Shown here in pieces: positions 40,164 to 48,864 of a stretch of DNA of 64,000 nucleotides; the stretch's first letter is position 1, and each line of letters begins with the position of its first letter. This DNA comes from Acidimicrobiia bacterium (GTDB lineage Bacteria > Actinomycetota > Acidimicrobiia > Spongiisociales > ZC4RG35). Made by a program: the position numbers and the translations under genes. The notes below the pieces were generated by a model that was given only the letters and a program-made list of their open reading frames with translations, had not been told where the DNA came from and did no database searches. The stretch covers positions 4,214-68,213 of the forward strand of contig JBGTKD010000173.1 of the NCBI GenBank assembly GCA_041744795.1, in the 5' to 3' direction.

Positions 40164-41312
40164 TCAGCCGTCGGCTGGACGGACACCGAGCACGGCAGTC
40201 AGGAAAAGCACCTCACCGTCGCGGTCGACTTCCAGTACAACGGTGTCCCCGGCGGCGTAGTTGCGAATGACAGCGGCGAGGTCGGAGAAGTCTCCAATTC
40301 GATCGCCATCGACGGCCACGACGATGTCACCGAGCTGTAACCCGGCGTCGGCAGCAGCGGTGTCCGGAGAAATCGATGTGATCACAGATCCAGCCAAACC
40401 TGTCACCGTGGCGTCGATCGATACGCCGAGGAACCCGGGCTCGAAAGTCCCGCCTTCGACGATGGCCCGCGCCACGCGATACGCCCGATCGATCGGCACA
40501 GCAAAACCCACTCCGTCGTTGGCCCCGCTGGCCGAGTAAATCGAGACGTTGATTCCGACGATCCGGCCGTAGCGGTCGGCTAGCGGCCCGCCACTGTTAC
40601 CTGGGTTGATCGACGCGTCAGTCTGGAGCATCAAGCGGGGAAGGCCATCCGGACCGGGAATGGCCTGATTCACCGCCGAAATGATCCCGGAGGTGACTGT
40701 TGAGTCGAGCCTCCATGGGGAGCCGAGAGCGATCGCTAGCTGACCCGGGCGTGGAACATCGTCGAGAGCGAGAGGTGCGGCAGGAAGCCCCGTCATGTTG
40801 ACCTCGACGACCGCGATGTCGTTGGCGTCATCGCTACCGAGCACGTTGCCATGCACCTTGTCGCCGTTGGCGAACCGGACAACCACTGTGTCGACACCAG
40901 CGACCACGTGGGCCGCCGTCAGGATCCGGCCATTGCTGTCGTATATGACGCCGCTTCCCAGGCCCCCACCTGGAAGTTCTATCTGCACGACCGAGGGCAG
41001 CAGGGCCGCGGCCACGTCAGCCACCGGCTCTTCGGACCCTCCGCCGACCAGAGGATCGGTCTCGGGGTCGGCTGGCGGCGACGTGTTGTCGGGTGGGGCC
41101 TCGACGTCAGCGACCGTATCGATGATCGTTGTCTCTGTCTCGGGTACCCACGTGACAGGGGGCGAGGATTGTTCGGTAGCCGCCGGTGGACTTGCCAGCC
41201 ATCCGATACCGGTGCCAGCGAGAAACACTGTGAGCACAGCAAAGAAGACGAGGACTCTCGAGGGGGCATCATCGCGTGAGGTCGTCACGTTGTCGTCAGC
41301 GTTCTTTTCCAT
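40164..41312 (-). CDS. HtrA/DegP-family trypsin-like serine protease with C-terminal PDZ domain
   Basis: An N-terminal TM anchor is present. The catalytic blocks include GNSGGPL. The C-terminal GLQLGDIVVAVDG is a PDZ domain. Confidence 0.85.
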   Translation of the reverse strand: MEKNADDNVTTSRDDAPSRVLVFFAVLTVFLAGTGIGWLASPPAATEQSSPPVTWVPETETTIIDTVADVEAPPDNTSPPADPETDPLVGGGSEEPVADVAAALLPSVVQIELPGGGLGSGVIYDSNGRILTAAHVVAGVDTVVVRFANGDKVHGNVLGSDDANDIAVVEVNMTGLPAAPLALDDVPRPGQLAIALGSPWRLDSTVTSGIISAVNQAIPGPDGLPRLMLQTDASINPGNSGGPLADRYGRIVGINVSIYSASGANDGVGFAVPIDRAYRVARAIVEGGTFEPGFLGVSIDATVTGLAGSVITSISPDTAAADAGLQLGDIVVAVDGDRIGDFSDLAAVIRNYAAGDTVVLEVDRDGEVLFLTAVLGVRPADG

Positions 41313-41481
41313 TGTGTTATTCCAACTCGTCCACAGGACTGTGCCACGGATATCTCATCATCGGTAAATCGTCGGTAAAGCATTAACGGAAGGAGGCCCG
41401 GTGCTCTCTTCCCGCGTACGGGAATCAAACAGGTAGTTACGGTGAGGGCCAGCTGGGAGCCTCGACAGGAGAGCGAGCCGA

Positions 41482-42213
41482 ATGACCCATCACGTCTACG
41501 AATACGCCGCCGTTCTCTTCGACCTCGACGGTGTCCTCACACCTACAGCCGAAGTCCATCGGGTGGCATGGAAGCGCGCATTCGACCGGTTCCTCCAATC
41601 ACACTTCGGTGACGGCTACCGGCCGTTCACCCTGGATGATTACCTCGCCTATGTCGACGGCAAGCCCCGCTACGACGGAGTGCACAGCTTCTTGACTTCC
41701 CGGGGTGTGAGCCTGCCCGCCGGCCATCCCAGTGAACCACCCTCCTTCCTCACCGAGACCGGGATTGGGAATCTCAAGAACGACGAGTTCACGGCTGTTC
41801 TGGAAACCGAAGGCGTAGAGCCGTACCCGGGCTCGGTCGCGCTCCTCGAGCACCTAGAAAAGGCCGGCGTAGCGGTGGCGGTCGTGTCGTCGAGCGCCAA
41901 CGCCACATCCGTCCTAGAGGCCGCTGGGTTGCGCTCCCGTTTCGAGGTGGTGATGGACGGCCTTACAGCACGCGAGCGAGGACTGGCAGGCAAGCCTTCT
42001 CCTGTCACCTTCCTGAGCGCCGCCAGCGACCTCGGGGTCGAACCATTGGACTCGGTCGTTATAGAAGATGCGATCTCGGGAATCCAAGCTGGCACCGCGG
42101 GTGGCTTCGGTCTGGTGGTCGGAGTCGACCGCGAGAACCAGGCTGATGCGATGAGGAGTGCGGGCGCTCATCTAGTCGTCAACGACCTCGGCGAACTGGT
42201 CCCGGGCGCCTGA
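41482..42213 (+). CDS. Beta-phosphoglucomutase-family HAD hydrolase
   Basis: The motif is VLFDLDGVLT, with the beta-PGM-like cap. It is paired with the GH65 gene. Confidence 0.8.
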   Translation: MTHHVYEYAAVLFDLDGVLTPTAEVHRVAWKRAFDRFLQSHFGDGYRPFTLDDYLAYVDGKPRYDGVHSFLTSRGVSLPAGHPSEPPSFLTETGIGNLKNDEFTAVLETEGVEPYPGSVALLEHLEKAGVAVAVVSSSANATSVLEAAGLRSRFEVVMDGLTARERGLAGKPSPVTFLSAASDLGVEPLDSVVIEDAISGIQAGTAGGFGLVVGVDRENQADAMRSAGAHLVVNDLGELVPGA

Positions 42214-42250
42214 GCGATCGGCCAGTCCGCAGCCCTAGGCTCGAATCCTC

Positions 42251-44590
42251 ATGATCGAACGCCAGCGGACCGACTTGCCGGTCGATGTTTATCCGAACGA
42301 CCCGTGGGCGATCGTCGAGGAGTCATTCGCGCCACGGTTCTTGTATCTGACCGAGACGATCTTCGCGCTGTCGAACGGCCATCTAGGAATCAGGGGAACC
42401 GTCGATGAGGGATCACCCGTCCATCTACATGGCACGTTCATAAACGGCTTCCACGAGACCTGGCCAATCACCCACGCCGAGGCAGCGTTTGGTCTAGCCC
42501 GGACGGGCCAGACAATCGTCAACGTGCCCGATGCCACATCGATAAGAGTCGAGGTGGACGGCACTCGCTTGTCGGTGAACCAGCTAGCGGACCTCAAGCA
42601 GCGTCGCTGGCTGGACTTCCGGCGCGGGGTGCTCGAACGACGGGTGGAGTTCACTGCCGCTTCCGGTGCTCGCGCGACAGTCTCGTTCCGCCGTCTCGTG
42701 TCACTGGAGATCCGGGAGGTAGCGGCTTTCTCGGTCGCGGTCCACGTGGATCGGCCAGCCAAGGTCAGCGTTGTCTCGCGAATGGTCAATCGCCAGGACC
42801 GAATGCAAGCCGAAGACATGGCCGAAGACGATCCTCGACGAGCCCAATCGTTCTCACACCGGGTCTTGGAGCCCCGCGCCGCGACTCTCGAAGGTTTCCG
42901 CTTCTCACAGGGATGGGTCACATCGCGGTCAAGGATGGGACTCATCGCCTCGGTCGACCATCGAATCTCGCAGCCAGCAGAAGTCGAGCTGCACAGGAAC
43001 GCCGACGACTTTGGTCACAGATTCACCGCCGACGTCAGCCCGGACACGCCCTTCATCGTCGAGAAGTTCGCCCACTATCGGACTTGTGAGGAGAGGCCAG
43101 ACGAGGACGATCGCGCCGCCGTGTCGAAGGACCTGGCCAGGTGTCTCGAAGTCGGCTTCGAGGGTCTGGCGGAAATGCAAGCGAACGTCCTGCAGGGGCT
43201 GTGGCAGAGGGCTGACATCGAGGTGGGGGCGCCCGCCGATACCCAGCGGGCGATCAGATGGACCCTCTTCCAGATCTTTCAGGCGTCTGCCCAGCTAGAG
43301 AATGCTTCGGTCCCTGCGAAGGGATTAACAGGCCAGGCGTATGACGGGCACTACTTCTGGGATACCGAGATCTACCTGCTGCCCTTTCTCGCCCGGGCCC
43401 TCCCCGAAAAAGCGCGCGAGATTCTCCTCCATCGGTACCACATGCTCGATGCCGCCCGCCACAGGGCTGGCGAACTGTCGCAACGCGGAGCGCTTTTTCC
43501 CTGGCGAACGATCAACGGCGAAGAAGCGTCGGCCTATTTCCTAGCGGGAACGGCCCAATACCACATAAACGCCGACGTGACTTACGCGATCCGGACCTAC
43601 GTCGAGGCCACCGGTGACGAGGAATTCTTGTGGGATCATGGTGTAGAGATAGCGGTCGAGACCGCCAGGATGTTCGAAGACCTTGGCTTCTACCGGCACA
43701 ACCGCTTCCACATCCACGGAGTGACGGGCCCAGACGAGTACACCGCACTGGTCGACGACAACGCCTTCACGAACGCCATGGCCAGGATGAACATGCGCTA
43801 CGCCGCCGAGGTGCTCTCCAGAATGGCGGTCGAGCACCCCGATCGGTACACCCGGTTGGCCGAAACGTTGGCAATCGCCGAAAACGAAATCACGCGATGG
43901 AGACTCGCGGCAGACGCGATCTATATCCCGCATGATCCCGATCTGGGAATCACACCCCAGGACAACGATTTTCTTACCAAGGAGCCATGGGACTTCGACG
44001 GTGTGCCTGCGACCAAGTACCCGCTATTGCTTCACTTTCATCCTTTGGTCATCTACCGATTCCAGGTGCTCAAACAGGCAGACGTCGTGCTCGTGGATTT
44101 CCTACTTGGTGACGAGTTCAGCGAGGAACTGAAGCGAGCCAACTTTGACTACTACGACCCGATCACTACCGGCGACTCGTCGCTGTCCGCATGCGTGCAG
44201 TCGATCATGGCGGCGGAGATCGGATACTCGGAGAAAGCGATGCAGCACTTTATGCACGCACTGTTCATGGATCTCGCCGACCTCGCAGGCAACACCACCG
44301 ACGGAGTTCACATGGCGTCCGCTGGTGGGGTATGGCTCGCTCTCACCCACGGATTCCTCGGCATGAAAAGCGGTGAGACGATTCGATTCACCCCCCGCCT
44401 GCCAAGCCAGTGGAGCCACTTGAAAGTGAACCTCTCCCATCGCGGACGTCTCCTACGGGTGGAACTGCGGCCTGATCATCTGGTGATCAACCTCGATGGC
44501 CAACCGCTGGACGTAGAAATCGAAAACGAAACGGTCCACCTGGTTCCCGGCAGAAACGAACGCCCGCTCAGGAAGCGGGCGCAACCGTGA
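42251..44590 (+). CDS. Glycoside hydrolase family 65 disaccharide phosphorylase (maltose/trehalose/kojibiose phosphorylase-like)
   Basis: 779 aa with GH65 N-terminal, central (alpha/alpha)6 and C-terminal blocks. The catalytic region is YDGHYFWDTEIY. Confidence 0.9.
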   Translation: MIERQRTDLPVDVYPNDPWAIVEESFAPRFLYLTETIFALSNGHLGIRGTVDEGSPVHLHGTFINGFHETWPITHAEAAFGLARTGQTIVNVPDATSIRVEVDGTRLSVNQLADLKQRRWLDFRRGVLERRVEFTAASGARATVSFRRLVSLEIREVAAFSVAVHVDRPAKVSVVSRMVNRQDRMQAEDMAEDDPRRAQSFSHRVLEPRAATLEGFRFSQGWVTSRSRMGLIASVDHRISQPAEVELHRNADDFGHRFTADVSPDTPFIVEKFAHYRTCEERPDEDDRAAVSKDLARCLEVGFEGLAEMQANVLQGLWQRADIEVGAPADTQRAIRWTLFQIFQASAQLENASVPAKGLTGQAYDGHYFWDTEIYLLPFLARALPEKAREILLHRYHMLDAARHRAGELSQRGALFPWRTINGEEASAYFLAGTAQYHINADVTYAIRTYVEATGDEEFLWDHGVEIAVETARMFEDLGFYRHNRFHIHGVTGPDEYTALVDDNAFTNAMARMNMRYAAEVLSRMAVEHPDRYTRLAETLAIAENEITRWRLAADAIYIPHDPDLGITPQDNDFLTKEPWDFDGVPATKYPLLLHFHPLVIYRFQVLKQADVVLVDFLLGDEFSEELKRANFDYYDPITTGDSSLSACVQSIMAAEIGYSEKAMQHFMHALFMDLADLAGNTTDGVHMASAGGVWLALTHGFLGMKSGETIRFTPRLPSQWSHLKVNLSHRGRLLRVELRPDHLVINLDGQPLDVEIENETVHLVPGRNERPLRKRAQP

Positions 44591-46013
44591 ACGTGAGCAG
44601 ATTGGTATCGGGGTCGTAGACCAGCGTGTACGCGATGTCGCGTGACTCGATGCGACCGTCGACGCCATCCAACTGCGGGGCCCGGACGTCAAGACCCAGT
44701 TGGCGAAGCAGCGATGCGCGCCCCTCGGGAGAAAAATCAGGGTCTACCGCGGCGATCGCCACACCCAGCGCCTGCAATCCGACACGGTCGTATTCCGCTG
44801 GCCCGCTCGGATCGACAACAAGCGAGAATTCGTCGATCGCTCCGTTCGGCAGCACCACGCCAACGAGCGTCAGAAATGGTGTGAAACCCTTGTCGAACGG
44901 ACCGAGCGCTGGGAGGCGGCGGATCTCCAAGACTTCGTTGATCGGTCCGGCCGCCGCGTCCCACCGAGCGATGAACTCGTAAGAGGGCCGCTCGAAGATC
45001 GTTGTTCCCCCGAACTGCGACACCACCGGAACTGCAGCCACCGGTATCTCGGTCACTGTCAGCCGCGGAGGCAGTTCCGGCCCACCCTCGTAGGCGAGAA
45101 CAAAGTCGAGGGCTCGAGGACCGAGCAGAGCAAAGAAGCCGATGACCGACACAACGCTGAGCACGATCCCAATCGTCTTGAGACGAGAGGCAGCACTCTT
45201 CAAACGATGGTCACGGAGAGTCCGCTGGCTTTCAAGCACCTCGGCGGCAACCGTGTTCGGGCCGATCTCGAAATCATCGTCATCAACGAGACGATCAGCC
45301 ATAGCGCCTATTGCAGAGGTGAGTCGCTCAACCGAAGTCGACCCAAAGCGCTTGCGCAGAGCCTCTTCGTCATCCAAGTCCGCGGAGACGTCCTCCTCGA
45401 TGTTGAGCGGGGCTTCCTCCACTGCTGCGACGGCCTCGAGCTCTGCGGCCAACGGGCCTGTTCCGTCGTCCTCTTCCGCCAGCGCCTCAAAGTCTGCATC
45501 AATTGCGGCGGATTCGTCAGGCTGGTCCCCGTCGGACTGGCGGTCGAAGTCGTAGGTATCCGCCTCGAAGCCGAGATCCGCTACTTCAGCCGAAGGACTT
45601 GAGTCAGCCTCATCCAAAAGGGGCCGGGGTATAGGCGGTCGCGCAGAGCCGAACAAGAAGGCCACAGGATCGTCTGCCGCCGCGCTGGCAACCGCATCCC
45701 CGGCAACCTCCGGTTGATCGTCGGGGCCCCAGACACCACCTGAGACCAAAGCGGCGAACGCCGCGAATCCGCTCGGACTGTCCGGCGTGAACACGGTCTC
45801 GTCTCCATCTACCCGAAAGACGAACGAGCCATCATTCTCAGGGGCTGACTCGATGCTGCAGTCTTCGATGGGCCAAGTGCCCAGTTCGTCGCCCGCCACG
45901 CTCATCCGCAGGGTTCGCCCGCCGATGAGTTCGAGGTCAACGGCAAGAGCATCACCGTTGTCGGTGACGAGCAAGCCGGAATGGATGGTGGAGTTGGCGT
46001 TCACGATGGTCAT
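44568..46013 (-). CDS. Single-pass membrane protein of unknown function, paralog A (N-terminal cytoplasmic domain, long acidic linker, TM, extracytoplasmic C-terminal domain)
   Basis: Both terminal domains clearly align to the 46768-47706 product. The N-terminal pair is VDLELIGGRTLRMS...FVFRVDGDETVFTP versus VDLGLDEGFLSLRT...FMLSLDGEKVVFEP. The C-terminal pair is LQALGVAIAAVDPDFSPEGRASLLRQLGLDVRAPQL versus VAALGVAIAVANPELTREQRGEVLAAMGLSVRSPEL. Confidence 0.6.
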   Translation of the reverse strand: MTIVNANSTIHSGLLVTDNGDALAVDLELIGGRTLRMSVAGDELGTWPIEDCSIESAPENDGSFVFRVDGDETVFTPDSPSGFAAFAALVSGGVWGPDDQPEVAGDAVASAAADDPVAFLFGSARPPIPRPLLDEADSSPSAEVADLGFEADTYDFDRQSDGDQPDESAAIDADFEALAEEDDGTGPLAAELEAVAAVEEAPLNIEEDVSADLDDEEALRKRFGSTSVERLTSAIGAMADRLVDDDDFEIGPNTVAAEVLESQRTLRDHRLKSAASRLKTIGIVLSVVSVIGFFALLGPRALDFVLAYEGGPELPPRLTVTEIPVAAVPVVSQFGGTTIFERPSYEFIARWDAAAGPINEVLEIRRLPALGPFDKGFTPFLTLVGVVLPNGAIDEFSLVVDPSGPAEYDRVGLQALGVAIAAVDPDFSPEGRASLLRQLGLDVRAPQLDGVDGRIESRDIAYTLVYDPDTNLLTFTVAPAS

Positions 46014-46100
46014 TTATCAGGTCCCAACAACACCATCGGCCGCCAGACCGGTGGACTTTAAGAACCTGAGATGGGTCGATCGACCCAATCGAACTGGGGG

Positions 46101-46691
46101 TCAGCGCCAACAATTGGCGCTCGGGTACCAGTGGGCCCAACCACCGAAATCGTATACGAGCCAGGCCGCCACAGCGACGTTCGCCACCGGATCGAAAACG
46201 TCGCTCCCTGACCAGCCGGCCGCCACCGATCGCTCCGGCCACATACTTGCGAGGTGTTGGAACAGCCCACTGGCCGTCGAGGTCGGGTTCTTGGCGGCGG
46301 GGTCACCACCCGACTCGCATCTAATGATGCGCAAGGCGCGATCCACATGGTGCGGCTCGAAGTACTGGGTCACTAAAGGTCGCCAGTCAGAAAGGGCCGA
46401 GACTTCGTCAGGCACCAGGTCATAGGCATCGAAGGGAACGTCGAGCCCGCCTGCGACGACCGTAGAGGCACAGGTCGCCCCTTCGAAGGCCAACCGGCAT
46501 CCGGGGGGGAGTTCGCGGACCGGCTCGACAGCTTCCGGCTCAGGTAGGTCCGTCGCATAAGGCAACTCAGCAACGTTCAATTGAATGGGTAGGAGTCCAG
46601 GCTCGTTGGTGAGCGTCCAGGCTCCACCCGAAGCAAGAATCATCAGCAATGTGAGGACTCCTGCGGCGTAGGACACGACAGAGCGCATCAC
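46101..46691 (-). CDS. Secreted transglycosylase-like (Rpf-like lysozyme fold) domain protein
   Basis: A signal peptide is present. The block IIRCESGGDPAAKNPTSTASGLFQ resembles the Rpf/transglycosylase-like catalytic region (CESGG with the catalytic Glu). Confidence 0.65.
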   Translation of the reverse strand: MMRSVVSYAAGVLTLLMILASGGAWTLTNEPGLLPIQLNVAELPYATDLPEPEAVEPVRELPPGCRLAFEGATCASTVVAGGLDVPFDAYDLVPDEVSALSDWRPLVTQYFEPHHVDRALRIIRCESGGDPAAKNPTSTASGLFQHLASMWPERSVAAGWSGSDVFDPVANVAVAAWLVYDFGGWAHWYPSANCWR

Positions 46692-46767
46692 TCACCTCGA
46701 TTCAGGGGGACCGACGTGAAAACGTCTTCCAAGAGGGTACCTGTTAGCGAAATCCGGCCAAACCCGG

Positions 46768-47706
46768 TCAGGCGGGGTTGACGACAAAAAGGAGAGCGTT
46801 GAAGGCTGCGACATAGCTGATGGAGTAAGCCGTATCGCTCACATCGAAGGACCCATCCAGGTCGACCAATTCTGGACTGCGGACACTCAGACCCATCGCG
46901 GCGAGCACTTCACCTCTTTGCTCACGGGTCAATTCAGGGTTAGCCACGGCGATCGCCACCCCGAGAGCAGCCACAGCGTTTCGATCATCGTCGGTGTCGC
47001 CCGACGGATCGATGACCAGCATGATCGAGGCGATCGTGCCGTCCGAACCAGTCCGGCCCTGGAGGGTCAGATACGGAGTGAGTTGAGATTCGAACAGTCC
47101 CGGAACAAGCACCCCCCTGATCTGAACGGGTACCCCGAAGGCCGTCGCAGCCAAATTCCACTCGGTCGCGAACTCATCGACCGATTGTTGGAAGAGCGGA
47201 GGCGGTGACACGACTGTCGCGGGAACGGCGAACGTCTGAGCATCGAACCGCGGAGGTTCGTCGTCCCCCAACCAAACCACCACGAGGCCCGCCATCACCA
47301 GAGCCAGGATCACCGCCAGAATGCCCATCGCCCAACGAAGCAGCCGCCGGACCGAACGGTGACGATCAGACTCGGTGCTCCTCGACGACGCCGATGAGCT
47401 AGAACCCTCAACAACTGCAATGTCGCGGACAACGCTTATCCGATCGGCGAGAGTTGAGGAACGGAATTGGTGAGCGGCGACGGTTGCGAACCCTGAAAGA
47501 TCCTGGGGCTCGAAAACCACCTTTTCACCGTCCAGAGACAGCATGAACGCGCCCCGAGCGCTGCGGGAAACCCGGCAGTACTTGACTGGCCAGACACCGA
47601 TGAGGTTCCCCTCTGTGCGAAGCGAGAGGAATCCTTCGTCAAGGCCGAGGTCGACGGGCACCTGCTCGCCGTCATCGAGCGTGATCGTGCCACTGAAGGT
47701 TTCCAC
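46768..47706 (-). CDS. Single-pass membrane protein of unknown function, paralog B
   Basis: It has the same architecture as paralog A with a shorter Ser-rich linker (see the alignment blocks above). Confidence 0.6.
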   Translation of the reverse strand: METFSGTITLDDGEQVPVDLGLDEGFLSLRTEGNLIGVWPVKYCRVSRSARGAFMLSLDGEKVVFEPQDLSGFATVAAHQFRSSTLADRISVVRDIAVVEGSSSSASSRSTESDRHRSVRRLLRWAMGILAVILALVMAGLVVVWLGDDEPPRFDAQTFAVPATVVSPPPLFQQSVDEFATEWNLAATAFGVPVQIRGVLVPGLFESQLTPYLTLQGRTGSDGTIASIMLVIDPSGDTDDDRNAVAALGVAIAVANPELTREQRGEVLAAMGLSVRSPELVDLDGSFDVSDTAYSISYVAAFNALLFVVNPA

Positions 47707-47739
47707 GCCCGAACGGTACCCTTCAAGGGGGTGGCAGGT

Positions 47740-48837
47740 TCACCAGTCCCGGGGTCGCAGCTCGGTACCCACCACCTCGCCGTCGGCAACGAGGGTCATG
47801 CGGTGATGCATCTCGGCGGTGGCGCAGGCATGGTTGGGAAACACCCTCACTCGATCACCAATCGCCAAGCCGGTGGGACTTCCGTCTGGCGAGGTCACGA
47901 ATCCATGCTCCTGATTAGCCGCCGACACGACTAACCGGGCGTCCATGGCGTCGCCGTCGACCGGTGCGACTACACCGAGACCGGCATCCTCGCCGAGCGC
48001 CGGGACACCCTTGTCCTGGGACAGGGCCGACCACCCGGCGTCGATGAACGAAAGGCGACCGTCGGGGCTCGAGCCGATGACAGTCGCCAAAGTGGCCAGC
48101 GCGATATCGGCCTCGGTACACGCCCCGAGAGCGACCATCGACAAGTCGCCGAACAGGTACACGCCGGGCCGCGCTTCAGTCACGCCGGCGAGATGGTCGA
48201 CGGCTGCCACGGTCGGAGTCGACCCGACGCTGACCAGTTCGATTTCGTGCCCTGCTCCACGCAAGCGATCGGCAGCAGCGGCGACAGCAGACCGCTCCAT
48301 GACTGCAATCGAAGCCACCTGCGCTGGATTGACCAGGTACGAGCCGCCGGCATGGGTCATCACTCCCCGCAACCGATACCTCGATGCGATCGCTTCGGCC
48401 AGCTCCTCTAACCGAGGGTCCTCCGGTGGAATCCCGCCCCGATGACCGTCAGAGTCGATCTCGATCACCACATCGATTCTCGAGTCCCTGGGTACCCCAG
48501 CGAGATTGTCCATCTCGCCAACTACAACAGTCAGCCTCACGTCATGGCTTCCGATCGCCTCAAGGACAGGTCCGGCCTTTCCCTCCGCGACAGGGACGCC
48601 ATACATGAAATCTGTCGTGAGCGGAAGGAGCGAGCGCAGTTCTCCCAGAGTGGAAACGGTGAGGCCCGTCGCTCCCAGACCGATGACACTTCGCAGCAGC
48701 CCTGGGCTCTTCACAGTCTTGGCGTGCGGTCTCAGCGCGACTCCCAACGTGGCTGCCCTGTCGGCCATGCGGACGGCGTTGGCCTCGTAGACGTCGACAT
48801 CCACCAACAGGGCAGGCGTGGGAACCTTGGAGAGCAT
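47740..48837 (-). CDS. Alanine-racemase-fold PLP enzyme, D-serine dehydratase / D-threonine aldolase (DSD1)-like
   Basis: The N-terminal block LLVDVDVYEANAVRMADRA...LRPHAKT has the HAK lysine typical of the DSD1 family. A C-terminal beta domain follows. Confidence 0.7.
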   Translation of the reverse strand: MLSKVPTPALLVDVDVYEANAVRMADRAATLGVALRPHAKTVKSPGLLRSVIGLGATGLTVSTLGELRSLLPLTTDFMYGVPVAEGKAGPVLEAIGSHDVRLTVVVGEMDNLAGVPRDSRIDVVIEIDSDGHRGGIPPEDPRLEELAEAIASRYRLRGVMTHAGGSYLVNPAQVASIAVMERSAVAAAADRLRGAGHEIELVSVGSTPTVAAVDHLAGVTEARPGVYLFGDLSMVALGACTEADIALATLATVIGSSPDGRLSFIDAGWSALSQDKGVPALGEDAGLGVVAPVDGDAMDARLVVSAANQEHGFVTSPDGSPTGLAIGDRVRVFPNHACATAEMHHRMTLVADGEVVGTELRPRDW

Positions 48838-48864
48838 TCCCGGAGTGTATGAACGCCGTTCGGC

